A stretch of 63,577 nt of DNA, filler included, from Sphacelaria rigidula (taxonomy: Eukaryota), in NCBI GenBank assembly GCA_964200075.2. It is 5 parts of 5 records of this genome, joined end to end, with 100 filler letters (N's around TTAATTAATTAA, not from the genome) between each part and the next. Parts side by side here need not be neighbours in the genome. Positions count along the whole stretch, not along the records: positions 50,945 to 63,577 come from CAXNAA020003550.1; 4 more parts are not named here. One strand, 5' to 3'. Position 1 is the first letter of the stretch. Each line of letters starts with the position of its first letter. The position numbers and the translations under genes were made by a program. The notes under the pieces were generated by a model, which worked only from the letters and a program-made list of their open reading frames with translations, was not told where the DNA came from and searched no databases. Of this stretch, positions 50,945 through 63,577 are shown piece by piece.

Positions 50945-53530
50945 GTAGTGGTTGTGGTGGTGTGTTTGGTTTTTCGGTTTTTCGTTTTTTTTGTTTTCGC
51001 GTACTCATTTGCTGCTTGCCTCAGTCGTTTGATCATTGACCACGCATCCCTTTAAAGACAGAGCACGGTTTCTGCTCCTAACAGATATAACTCCAACATT
51101 TGGGCGCTCATTACGTGTCTTCCATATATTACATACGAGCGTTGTACATATCTTATCCCCTCCTTGTTTCACCATCTGTGGCCACCATCTATCTCCTAGT
51201 ATGGCCATCGTTGTCTCCCTACTGTTTAATGTATCAAACGATTTCATACCACCTTCGTTTATTTCTCACATCCTCCCCTCCTACACGTCCCGTTCCTCCT
51301 TGTACAGCTCACCTTCTGCCGCTATATGAGTTCTACTCACTATTGCTTTGCCGCAGGGACACCTCTGTGCATATAAATCCTCCTCCATTCGACCACTGGT
51401 ATACCTCTTTCTTCTTTCTGGCAGGTCTACGTCCCCCACCCAAAATCGCACTTTCAACGTTTTCGCGGAGTCCATCGGGCGGTACAGATATGCTTTCACT
51501 ACTATCCCTTCTGTCAACCCCCAGTATATCTTGAGGTGATTTTCCTCACCCACTCTCCGTCTTAGCGCTTGTTTCCCCCGCCTTCATTCCATAATGTCTC
51601 TTACTTCTGTCTTGTGCCCCACACATTTACCTATTGACATTATCTCGTCTTGGTTTCCTTCTATGCCCTGCCATACTTTGCCAACTACTGTATCCGACCT
51701 TATTCCAGCCTGCCCTTTTCCTTCCATACAGCTCTCTCAACTATGACTGGCGATATGTTCCTTGGCATGCTCCCTACGTCACATTGCCATCTCAACTTTC
51801 CATGTCTATATTTGTCGGAAATAGGTGCATTCCCTATTCTGCTCTCAATACTGTATAACGCGTGGTTTTTGAGAATCCAAGTATTTTCTTAGCTGCTGCC
51901 ATTTGTGCTGTCTCCAGCTACTTCACCAACTTCGCGTTCCCCTCCCCTACTTCTGCATATTCCAGCTTTGGTACAATCGTATTCATCGGCATACATATCT
52001 TAATCCTAGTATCGAAGTCCGAGTCTCCGAGGATCACGTCTACCTTGCCTATCCGTGCCTTATCTTTTATATTACTTTTTTGTTTGTGTTCATCCCAAAC
52101 ACAGCCGTTTTAGATATCTACGCCAAGGTATGCATACTGAGGTATGAGCGGCAATTTCTCTGCTCCCCACTTCCATTTTAACTCGACCGGATTCTCCTTA
52201 TCTTCATTTCATACAAGTACCGCGCATTCGTTTACATTCGCTGTCACTCTCCATTCCCTAATGTATTCCAGTGTCTTCTCTATTTGTTTCTGCAATCCTT
52301 CTGCCGTTTCTGATAACCCCACTTTGACACCTTGATTTGCTGCCTCTATTGCTATTATCAGGTCATTCATAAATACTCTGAATAAGGGGAGAGTAGGATT
52401 CTTGGTTAAGGAATACCTGTGTGACATCATAGACTGGACCTAAGACACAAAATTCGACGAGAGCATATGGACTAGGGTACCAGGAGAGCGGGCAACGGAA
52501 GATTTTTCAGTAGAGAACATCTATATCCCCCCATATTCGAAGAGTACGGTAAAGATACTCAGAGGAAGTTTGGAGAGATAGCAGCAGATGTACAGAAGTA
52601 CAAGAGGCAAGGAGAAGTAATGCTAGTAGGAGATTTTAATGCAAGGGAAGGAAGAGCAGGTCGATCGGATGATATTATCGGGCGATACGGGAAAGATCAG
52701 AATAATGCGAATGGGGCAGAGATACTGAAGTTCCTTGAGAGTCACGAGATCAAGACGCTGAACGATAGAGGAGGAAAGCCAGGTTCGCAATGATCATGGA
52801 CTAGACACTGCTAATAAAAAAGACAGGAAGATCCATTCTTGAGTATGTAGGGGAAATGGTGAGGAAACTAAAGTGCACGTATGCGCAGCGGACGTGGGAA
52901 CTACAGATCATTGCCTAATATGGACAGACAGCCAACAGACGAGAGCCGTAAGAAACAGGCAGGGTAGGAAGATGCACAAATTGAGGTTCTGTCACTTCCA
53001 CTTTTCCCCCATCCATGCGTACTCTCCAGCTTCACATCCTTTTCCCGCCCTCTCTTTCTCCCATGGTTCTTGGATTCGTTCAGCTATCTCCATTATTTTA
53101 AGGTTTCCGTGACGAATCGACCCACATTCCATGATCCTCTTCTCAACTTCCCTTTCGGATCATTATCCACTCTCCTTTTATCTATTGGTTCCTCTCTGTC
53201 GTTTCTACTTCTATGCATTTCTCCCTTTACTTGATTTTTCGTTTCGTTCCCAGTTTGGCCCTTGTCTATTCGCTTTGGGCCGCTACATCCCCATCCCCCT
53301 TCCCCTTCCGGGCAATTTCTGATCCCTCCTTCCCCTTTCCTCCGCTCACCCGAGGGCTATGTCTCAGATTCATTGTTCCGTTGGCTACGCACACTCTCCA
53401 TCCTACCTTCTACAACCCATGCCGGTACTTCACTTGTCTCTATCCTCACCCACACCATGCTCGCTCTGCATGGCTCGGATGTGTTCTCCCTCCCTTTCTA
53501 CTGTTCTTATTGCTGACCAGTAAATTCCTA
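50945..53530 (-). mobile_element. Decayed non-LTR retrotransposon (LINE; APE endonuclease plus RT remnants) with an inverted internal segment
   Basis: Minus strand: RT and C-terminal remnants (LFRVFMNDLIIAIEAANQGV, SETAEGLQKQIEKTLEYIREWRVTANVNECAV, YLYRPMDSAKTLKVRFWVGDVDLPERRKRY, AILGDRWWPQ) at ~51005-52385, and endonuclease N-terminus (GSWNV...QEPWE...EYAWMGK) at ~52985-53150. Plus strand: endonuclease core (VMLVGDFNAR, DIIGRYG, TLNDR, TTDHCLIW) at ~52430-52980. Many stops and frameshifts. Confidence 0.85.
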
Positions 53531-53647
53531 CTTCATGCCATTTCCTCTTGAACTGTATTTTCATCAAAGGGCTACGGATTCGAAATACCAGTACCACCAG
53601 TACTTTACCCGCCCACTCTTTATTCCTCCATCCATTCTTCCTTACGA

Positions 53648-53649
<2 letters not shown>

Positions 53650-53701
<52 letters not shown>
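53650..53701. repeat. (CT)n microsatellite
   Basis: Direct reading. Confidence 0.95.
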
Positions 53702-53704
<3 letters not shown>

Positions 53705-56700
53705 CTATATCTCTCTCTCCCTCGATCTCTTTCGAAAGTATCTTCAGGCTTGCTTGCTTTGAATATTGCAGTGGAACGTAGTCAAGCTACTGGGATATCC
53801 CAATCCTAGTACTCGTCGGGGATCTGGTGTCTTGCAGGCTTTTCGCTGGCTCACCAACACGAAATAATGCCTCCACCACGCGCCCGTAGCCTGAAGCCAT
53901 GTTCAAACCCTTGACGCAAGCACCCCACGCTTGAGCCACGCGATCTGCATGGTAACCACCAAGGCGCCCACGATCGTATATTGTATCTTCTTCCGCTACT
54001 GCTGTACTGGATACTTTCCTCCAGGGAGGTTATTTTCACCGTGTGAGGTTCAAGGACGGCTTGTACAACACAAAGTTATACTCACACATCGGGATGTCCC
54101 ATACGTCATCACTTTTTTCCACTCCATTAGCGGTTCACCGTGGGTCGCTACTCCACTATTGCTCCCGAGTAGACCTTCGTTGCCGAAAGCTTGGCCAACG
54201 ATTCCCCCACATCTTGTGCTAGCTCTTCTATGAATGAAACTCTCAACATATATCTACGTGTCGCTTGGTGCTCCTTCTTGTTGGCCATGTGGTCAGTCAT
54301 CGGTAAGGTGTTTGTTTCATGAGTGCAGCAGGTCTTGAAGTTTATGCCATGCACCATCCACCCCTTCCTTTCATTTGACGCCTATGCACCCGATGTCAGG
54401 TGTTTTAGGAAATTGTCTGGTCAGATTTCCACCGCCCGATGGAAATCAGTGACGTTTACCGGGTATTTCACCACGAGACCCAACCACCATTTGAATTTAA
54501 CATGTCGGGGTGATGGGCATATCCTGTCTACACTTGTTTTATATTTTGCGTTTTCACTTTGCATGGAAGGTGGTCAACCTTCATGCTATAACTTACATGT
54601 CTTCGCTGTGGTTTTGTTACATGCCTTACCCTTGTTGCGACATGCGGGAATAACTTCCATTGTTTCACGCTTTGATACGGGGAAATAGAAATATCCTCTC
54701 CCGCTATTTCATGTCTATATCCGGTCTGTGTTCTGATTGTTATAATGCGAAGAAAAAGTGGCTAGCTTCGTTTTTCCATGTCTATGTCTGGACTGTGTTC
54801 TAAAAATGGGGAGGGAGGGGAAGGGGTGTCAACGAAAGCGGCTTGGCGCAGTGAGCCAAAATAACTTGGATGTATATTGGACTGGAATCTCTGGGGAGGA
54901 GCACGCAAGCTCCACACTGTACGACCACAACAAGCATGGTGAATAACCAAGCGGATTACACTCGAAAATCACTACATCGAAGCCCCCCCCCCGAGTGATT
55001 ATGTCGCGAAAAACAATAGCTCGACGAAGTACCCTCCATTCACCTGATCATCTCGATCTATCAGGTTCGCGTTCAGGTCGCCGTAGTAGTCAGCGCTTAC
55101 TCCCATTGGGTCAGCGCACTCATCCGGACTCGAAAAACTGCCGTTTGGACCGGTGTCGCATCCCTTGTTTTCATCCAAGCACACCGCAACTTTGGGGTAA
55201 TCGTAGTGGTTGTCCTACGCGCAGGATATCAGCATCGTCAAACATACGCACGTTGGACGTGAGCAGGTGCCACAATGAATACTCCGAGTATTGTGATTGA
55301 GATTATCAATCATCCGCCGACAATATGTTTTTGGGATGTGTGTGGCATATCATAAATGCAGGGCTTATTTGGAGAGCGAAATCACCTCCAAATGAATGCA
55401 GCGCAGTCGTCATGGTGTTTGCAGTATGGGGGCTCTGCGTGACCCACGCTGCCTGGCAGATGTGGAAAGCAGCACTGCAGACTCTACGGCGCGCTCACTT
55501 TCCAAATCTGAAGATGGGGACGATTGTAATGGGAGGAAAATATTTCAACTCTTCAAAAACATAGAGTAGGAAAATATGCCCGAAAAAAAATGATCAAGAT
55601 TGGGGAAACATCGACGCTGACTTCCATCGTCCATACAATGAGCCTTACCGAGACACTGAAGCTTGTTGTTGGGTTGGCCCGATCTCGCACCGCTTTGACC
55701 ACAAGCCAGGTCGTCACTGTATGGTAGTCCCCGAGGGCACATGCAGAGATTGGGATGTGGAATCTTATTATTATGAAGAGTACATCGGTGAAAACAGCAT
55801 ACTTACTACATACTCAAAAATAAGTATACAGTAGAGTAGTAGATGTTAACGTGGTTGAGTGATTGCTTGGTTGATTGATTGATTGTCGCACACAAATATA
55901 TCCGCTACGCATCCAGCCGTGGTCTGCGCCCGTCACCAAATGGACGTGCCCGTAATAAGCGGAAACATCCGGGAAGGAAAGCCGAGAAAAACTGGGGAAG
56001 ATGAGAAGGAAAGCAGAAGAGAGCAAACAGGGTAGCTTGAGAAGCAATGAAGAAAGAGGAGGAACGAGGAAGAGAAATAACAACGGGGACGAAGAGAGGA
56101 AGAGGAAGACAAGCTCAACTCCGGGCAAGGTTTGGTACCGGCCCCGAGAGAAATTCCAGACAACAGGCATCTTTCGCATTTTCTTCATGTAAGGAGGCCG
56201 TGCACACAAAATATATTATATATATAGAAAGAGCGAGAAAACGAAGCCAACATAGCCATGAAAAGAAATTAAGTACGTGCGCAAAACGTATAGTAGCGGT
56301 TGGCTATTCGTGAGCAGGAAAGTGCTCGCTTTGGGCTCGGTCAGACGTACGAAGCTACGGTCGAACAGTTTTACCAAACTATTCTGGAATTCGCATGAAG
56401 CGATTAGTAGTTAGTATGGAACCGAACTGAAATGGACCTGCTCTGTGTTCATGTTCGAAATCGGAATTTGTTCGTAGAAACGCTGTACAGGTGGGAAAAC
56501 GCGAAACTTCATTCGAGGACAAGTCTCCATGTCCGTCAATGTTCTGTAGAGCTTGCAAAAACTGTGTCTTTTTGCGAAGATGTTTTCCTTTGGCACTACT
56601 GTTTCGCACAAAATCTGGATTTTCGAAAGGCCACTTGAACACTGTTCTACTGTTCAACCAGGGGTCTGCAGGGAGAAAACTCTGAGTACGTAACCCCCCT

Positions 56701-56744
56701 CCCCTCTCCCAGAGAGCAATGTTTAGAAAATTGTCATGACTTTT

Positions 56745-57230
56745 GTGGATTTCTTTGTTGAATAACAACAACAGGTGATCATCGAAATTGAGGATGGAGC
56801 TTCTCATTGAGGATGATAACCCGTAGAATTAAAGTCTTCGTGTCCACACCCAATATTCGAAATATGATTCCATTCCATCGTCTACTGGTAACTATCGATA
56901 ACTACTAGACGTCATACAAATTTCGATAACCGAAATGATGGGGTCCTAGGTGAAAAAACAATTTCGGAGAATTCCGGCGATCCGATTGGATCACCTACAT
57001 TCCCCAGTATTGTTTCTTCACCTAGGAACCCAACATGTCGCTTATCAGAGTTCAAACTTGTATGGCGTATAGTAGTTGTCAACAGCTACCAGTAGATGAA
57101 GGAATGGAACCATATTGCAAAGATTTGGTGTGGATACGAAGATTTTAATTCCCCGAGTTATCATCCTCAATGAAAAGCTCCATCCTTAATTTCGATGATC
57201 GGCTGGTCAACACTGTTGAAGAAATCGACC
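56745..57230. repeat. ~480-bp foldback, possibly the core of a larger inverted-repeat element
   Basis: Mirror symmetry centred on gatccgattggatc (~56985). ORFs 56379-56807(-) and 57170-57370(+) begin with the same peptide MxSSILNFDD because of this symmetry. An outer arm pair lies at ~56655-56700 and ~57670-57715. Confidence 0.8.
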
Positions 57231-60200
57231 AAGAAGCATCAACAAACACATACAAGTTTGGCGGGCTTTGCGACGTTCGTATATTTTCTTCTGCTCCTCG
57301 CCCGCTCTGCCCCGATGACCTCGGATGCCGGCCAAGCTCACACACGTGTGTGCAGACAAGCGTACGATAGCGACAGCCTGTAGCCAAAGTAGCAACATTA
57401 CATCACGCCTTGCCAAACTCGCCTGGACTGCTGGTAGGGTGGGTACTCGACATGAACCATGATCCCATTAATGCAATCATGGTAGGTGAACTATGTGGCG
57501 AACATTGGCCCGAATCGGTCTGCCTCACTTACCCGTGCGCACGGGTGTACACAGCAGCTGTCCGCATCCGCCAACGCCTCGGCTATAAACTAGGGGATAA
57601 CAGGCTGGGTGCCCCCCCCACCCCCCCGGACTCCCTCTCGCCCCTCAAAAGCTCAAAATTTCAATCTTGGGGCCTATGTGTCCAGAAATACTTTCCCGGC
57701 AGACCCTTGGTTCAACGCCGTTTTTCACAATCCAATCCTCCTCTGCCATACTACCATGGTTTCGGTTTTTGAGCATTTATTTCGTCGCCTACATCCACGC
57801 TGTTTACTGCGTAGAGAAACCAACGGGCAATATGCAGCCCGACCAAAATCGCCACATCATGTGCATACACCAGACGGAGTTCAAATAGATGGTACTTCAC
57901 GCGGGATAGCTTTCGCGATGTTTCATTGCAAGATAGATTCGATACGTCTTCTTACTGAAAGGAGCGCGTGAGCAGGCTGCTAGTTGGTGCTCATGAAGGT
58001 GGGTAGATGACTCACATGACGACATTATCAGTGACAGCAGCGCCCAAATGACGGCTGCCCCTTTCTTGTGCTCGTCGACCACCTCATCTGGGCTCCTGTT
58101 AACAACGACATTACACATGGAATTGACGTTAGGCAATAGAAAAAACATAACTTCGATGTACTTACGCACGCCAACGAGTTCGAGGTCGCGCACACAGCTG
58201 GTACGTTTCTGTGTATGCTGTAGCCACTACTGAAGTGTTACAATGCAGTACACTGTCTGTATTGTTCCGAAACAAGTCTTATTGCTACGGTTCATATGTA
58301 GGAATTCGCCCGCGTTCTCTAGCGGAATAACTTGGCGAGAGAGGAGGGCTGGGTTACATCTACCTGGCACTTGTTACAATTTTTATCGCTAAGCCTAGCG
58401 CCAGCCCCAGAGCGGTTCCATGGTAGGGGTGCAAAATTAGTCTTCTGAGGTTCGACACCTTGGGAACCTCACGATGACAAACATCTGAGTCTTACAGCGT
58501 GCAGCCTGAGAAAACTTCAGGACTGAAAAATGCACCCTTACCATATAATCACCTAACTTGAGGCATACCGAGAACCCTCGGACAACGGGTATGAATACGG
58601 TTGCTCAAGCAAAAGTGTGCGGTGATGGTAGATCTCGAACCAGCGTGGATTTGAACGAAAACGTGTTCTGCGCACGCTCGGAGCACACGGGTCTGTCAAC
58701 CCCTCTGAAGATTCGATCCTCGTTGTTCACATTTGAATTGATCAAACATGAACCAACACAATCCCCCGCACTCCGCACGCTTTACTCTGCTTGAATACCG
58801 CACAACATCCCAATGGAGATTTGAACCTGTGGTATACGCCGTGGACTGCTGGCTGGTTATCTTCACAACAACGTAACATTCAGCATGCTTACTTGATCCA
58901 TCTCATGCTTGTAAGAATATACTATTAGGCAGCCACGGCTACGCCAGTGCATGGACTGTTGTGGTGTCGATAGAGTATAGGCTGTGGGACGTGCAGTATG
59001 CGTTACGTGCTGTGAACATGGGCTGGAAAGGCGCGGACCCTGCCGTCACAACAGTGCGACGGTCGCATATGCATACACATGATGTTTCTTCGGAGTTTTC
59101 CTGGCCTATGAAGTTCCTAACTAATGCTTACTCGAGAAGGCAAATGTCAAACTCACCACCTGTTCATGGTGTCCCTACCCTGTCGTCACAGGACGAGAGC
59201 TGTGGGGCGATCTTGCTCCGTCCTTTCCACAAGTAATCAAGAGCGCAGCGCAGCCTCCGACACACAGCACTGTTTCTTCAGTGTTGTCAGCTGCGATTCG
59301 CGGGCAGGCAGCACGGGTATTTTTTTTGTCGCAAATGAGGCGAGTATCCGTGCGCCTGTCTTCGTGGGTTGTGCGCAGGAACCAACGCGCGCGTCTTTCT
59401 TGAACTCTTGTTCTTACCATGATCATCTGCTTTGGCCCGAGGCGGGGAGATACCACTGGCCTGAAACGCAGCGAATCTTCTTGAAATATTCTCTGAAAGG
59501 GAAATGAATCACCATGCGACAGTACAGTACATACGATCGTAGCCTTCCGTTCGATCATCGTCGGACCAGGGAGTCCTGAGTCACGCATGGTTGGTGGGGG
59601 GAGAGGTGAGGGGTGAGCGGAAAAATTATAACCCCGCCCAATACCTTTCACCGCTGCCAAATGCGAGCTTGCCTCCTGTTATCGCGAACTAATGATTGAC
59701 TACTTCGTACTGTACGAGTACCGTATTTGCAAAGTACAGCAACCTCGTACTACTGCTGCTACTGCTGTGTTCGCAAGTTACAGTCTGTACTTGAAACTTT
59801 GCACTACTACTGTGCTTGCGAGTCCAGCCTGTACTTTTACCCTTGCACTATTGACTGTGCAAAACGCACTTCGGTCTCTCATCCGGTAGTGCCGTGGATG
59901 AGAGTATTTTTCCCTCCCGAGATGGTGGGCACAATATATCTGCAGCAGTACTACAAAAATCCGCGGTACTTGCAGACAACCCACGGGTGGCACAGCAGGG
60001 TACAGAAGTCATGACAAAGTAAACGAGTAAACACTATACAAGGGTACAAGTACAGACCGTATATTACTAACACCACGAGGTCACTGTCTGTACTTTGCAT
60101 ATTTTGCATTGAAATGCTATAAGTACACCCTGTACCAAAGGTTATGACAAAGAGTAGTGTCATAACCTCGGCCCTGTACTTTGCAGACACAACTGTGGGG

Positions 60201-60616
60201 CGAACGGGAACTGAACGGCTACCTGAAGCGAAATTCAGTGCACTCGGTGAGATCGATCATCGGACCGGAAGCTATGCATGTGGGCCGTTCCATGCCGGCT
60301 CGACTGTTTGTCAACGCGTCTCAGCAGGGAAGTCGGAGGCTGCACTGTTTGTATCGTGGTATCGGGGTGGTGAATAATGTCGCCTGTGTACGACCAGCTT
60401 GCCGTGGCGTTGTTTCAGCCCGGAATGTGAGTGCGCGGCCATGCAGCCTTGATTGCTACAGTACAGGACAGCCGTAACCTTGCAGTTGTGTACTGTCTGT
60501 GGGGATTACAATGGTACTCTACAACCGTCAGGAGGCATAATAGCCTGATTGCTGCAGTCTACAGATATTCCGTTTGTATTCCTGTCCATTGTTGAGAGGA
60601 CTGGTGTGGTTGAATT

Positions 60617-62099
60617 CAAGGGTAGGTCAAGTAGAGTAGGTACTTTTGAGTACTCGAGTAAAATACTGAAGTATTTACTGTACTCGACGTTTGAATAGAT
60701 CTCAAATACTCTACTCAAATTTTGAGTAGGTCGAGTACGGCCTCCAATACTCTGCTCAAATTTGAGTAGATCGAGTACGACCTCAAATACTCTACTCAAA
60801 TATCGAGTAGGCACTCTCAGTAATACTTGAGCGTAGAGTATCCCTTGAGTATGACCTCAATACTCTACTCATTTTTTTTGTAGGTCGAGTACGACCTCGA
60901 AATCTCTACTCAAATATTGACTAAGCACTGTCAGTAATACTTGAGTATAGAGTATCACTTGAGTATGATCTTAATACTCTACTCAAAATTTGAGTAGATC
61001 GAGTACGACCTCAAATACTCTACTCCAGTATAGAGTACGCACTCTCAGTAATACTGGAGTATAGAGTACCCGTTAGGTATGGTGAGTATCCCTGACAGTC
61101 GGCGACTTCGTGACGTCACAGACTACGTTGAAAACATGGTCGAACAGTGGCAATGAATTAGATGGGCGGGGTTGCATCACAGCCAGCAAGGAGTGTGAGC
61201 GAATGATGGCCATAATTTTTTTTTTTTAAGCGTGCAGAGCCCTCCGACGATAACACAACATCCATTCTACCCTAGTTTTGTACCATTCGGTTTTGATGCG
61301 AATGTTCGCTGAAGTTTGACCTTGAATCAACACCTATCATGGATGGGCAACTCTAGGGATACCTCGGTATTTCCTCTACCCGAGTTGAAGTATCTTGCGT
61401 ACAAACTTGACTATTGAAGTTGAAGTTATAGGTTTTCGGTACATCAGATCCGGCCTGTGACGGTTTAAGAGACTACCAACTAGACTACTGACCAGTCAGC
61501 GCTGACTAGTTGGTAGTCTCTTGAACCGTCACAGGCCTCAGATACTCTACTCAATTTTTGAGTACGTCGAGTACGGCCTCAAATACTCTACTCAATTTTT
61601 TAGTACGTTGAGTACGGCCTCACAAACTCCACTCAAAATCTGAGTACGTTTAGTACGGCCTCCAATACTTTGGTCAAAATTTGAGTAGGTCGAGTACGAC
61701 CTCCAATACTCTACTCAAATATTGAGTAAGCACTCTTAGTAATACTTGAGTGTAGAGTATCACTCGAGTATGACCTCAATACTTTACTCAAATCTTGAGT
61801 ACGTTGAGTATGACCTCAATTACTCTTCTCACATTTTGAGTACGTTGAGTACGGCCTCCAATAGTCTACTCAAATTTTGAGTAGATCGAGTACGACCTCA
61901 AATACTCTACTCAAATATCGAGTAAGCACTCTCAATAATACTTGAGTATAGAGTATCACTTGAGTGTGACCTCAATACTCTACTCAAAGTTTGAGTACGT
62001 TGAGTATGGTCTCAAATACTCTACTCAAACTTCGAGTACTAAAGGTATGAGTCTTCAAAAATACTGAGTATTGAGTATACTCTACTCGACCTACCCTTG
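60617..62099. mobile_element. ~1.5-kb TIR element (P- or hAT-like, 8-bp TSD) filled with a ~40-bp tandem array
   Basis: TIRs caagggtaggtcaagtagagta / tactctactcgacctacccttg; TSD gttgaatt/gttgaatc. Internal unit approximately gagtacgacctcaaatactctactcaaattttgagtaggtc, in two blocks (~60650-61070 and ~61540-62080). Confidence 0.8.
61452..61537. mobile_element. 86-bp hairpin MITE with 8-bp TSD, nested in the 60617-62099 element
   Basis: 32-bp arms ggcctgtgacggtttaagagactaccaactag / ctagttggtagtctcttgaaccgtcacaggcc (1 mismatch); TSD tcagatcc/tcagatac. Confidence 0.8.
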
Positions 62100-62149
62100 G
62101 TTGAATCATCCGGTTCTTGCGATTTTCAGTATTGTGTAGGAAGACTATT

Positions 62150-62555
62150 TTTCATGGCAACCAATCTCGATTTGTACAAATATGAAGATTTGAGCCCGTC
62201 TACAGGCGAATTTATCCCGGTTAATTTTTCGGACCCCATTCCGTTGGACAATGTTATTGCTATGAGCAAACCAGATAGATCAATTCTCCGATTCTCTGAA
62301 CGATTTTTGAACGATTTTTGGGATTCGGAAAAATTGAATAAGTCGGTGGAGATGTGGGAGTGTCCCGATTTAAGCAGAAAGGTGGTGAGCCAAAAGTCAA
62401 CGTCCAGAGAATCGGAGAATTGATCTAATTTGCTCACAGTTAGCTAAAAACATTGCCCAACGGACTGGGGAACGAAAAGAAAATCCACCGGAGGAATTCG
62501 CCTGTAGACGGGGTGAAAATTCTTATGTATGTGCAAATCGAGATTGGTTGCCCTA
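62150..62555. repeat. Inverted-repeat (MITE-like) element
   Basis: ggcaaccaatctcgatttg...ccgtctacaggcgaatt at ~62156-62220 is mirrored at ~62487-62552. Confidence 0.7.
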
Positions 62556-62566
62556 AAAGAGGGTCT

Positions 62567-63043
62567 AAGACCGACTCTAATGGGAGCCGTTCAAAATTCC
62601 TGTCGAAAACTGCCTTTCGGGCTCTTCTCCGTCGATTCACGCCTGAAAACAGGGCTAGACGACTGTTGACGCCTTGGAATGACTTGCGCTACTCGTTGAG
62701 ACGCTTCCAGGGAAACTTTGCATTTCCCACTGGCGGCACTTTTATTTTTGGCCGAACACGGATTTTCAACAGTAAACGGTCAAGCGATAAAAAAACAGGG
62801 GGAAATTTTTATCACCTGGCCGTTTTTTACTGAAAATCCGTGCTTGGCCTCGTTTGGCCAAAAATAAAAGTGCCGCCAGCGGGAAATGCAAAGTTGCCCT
62901 GGAAGCGTCTCAACTAGTTGAGCAAGTCATTCCAAGGCGTCAACATCCGCCCAACCCTCTTTTCGGGCTTGAATCGATGGAGAAGGGCCCAAAAGGCAGT
63001 TTTCGACAGGAATTTTGAACGGCTCCTATTAGAGTTGGCCTAA
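62567..63043. repeat. ~470-bp foldback (long imperfect palindrome)
   Basis: Arms of ~220 bp (gagccgttcaaaattcctgtcgaaaactgcc...ggcggcacttttatttttggcc) mirrored around ~62800. Confidence 0.85.
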
Positions 63044-63577
63044 GCTTTTATGGTAACGATAGAACTCGGAAATGGTTCGTCCAACCATCAACCAGTTAAA
63101 TGGTATATAATGGTTTGGTCATCGAGCGGCGCAACCGCTAGCCAAAAAGCCCACCCTGGCAGAGGAGGCCCCACCGGAGGCGCTCCCGAAGGGGCCCAGT
63201 GGAGGCGCCGTGCCGGAGCCATGTGTATGCGCGATTTGGCTTCACTAGAGCTAAAAAAACGTCAAATTTGCCCAATTTTCAAGGGCTGTATATAGCACAC
63301 GTAGCCGGTAACAGCGTGTAAAACCGGTAACGGTAAATAATGGTTTGAAACCATCATCCAAAAATTTCATATGATCATTACCATTGTAGCCATTATACTC
63401 GTAATGATAATGGCCAGTTATAACTGGTACCATATCCGAGCTCAAGGTACCGAATCTCGATTTTTTGACACTCCGATTTCTTCAAATCGGGGGGACTCAA
63501 ATGCGCGAACTGAAAATCGGGGCGCGCTGGGGGGGGGGGGGGGAAACGATTTGTTGCTTGCCTTGGTCGTTAGATGG

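Noticed and set aside
60650-62080. CRISPR-like array of palindromic ~40-bp repeats
   Set aside because: Units are head-to-tail with no unique spacers, there are no cas genes, the context is eukaryotic, and the array is bounded by TIRs and a TSD.

Overview
Eukaryotic, intron-rich, transposon-rich DNA, most likely from a brown alga (Phaeophyceae). The evidence is an EsV-1-7-repeat gene, a stramenopile-type bipartite plastid presequence and GT-AG introns. The window is a scaffolded pseudomolecule: four ~100-nt N-TTAATTAATTAA-N linkers and four ~10-N gaps join separate contigs. Four genes can be reconstructed by hand: (1) a 5'-truncated, at least 6-exon single-pass membrane protein of unknown function (+, 12805-19014); (2) a complete 3-exon EamA/DMT transporter, probably plastid-targeted (-, 21665-24658); (3) an intronless EsV-1-7 Cys/His repeat protein with at least 11 units of 38 aa (+, 36844 to a gap at 38110); (4) the last three exons of a Rac/Rho GTPase (-, 42520-47012). 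The rest is nested non-autonomous elements (Sola2-like, piggyBac-like, P/hAT-like with internal arrays, foldback hairpins), tRNA-derived SINEs, a rearranged LINE with ~70-nt oligo(C)-tailed derivatives, and long decayed coding-like tracts I cannot identify. The most notable signals are the mosaic, position-specific variation of the EsV-1-7 array and the C-tailed short retroposon. All alignments were done by eye; family names are pattern recognition, not database hits.
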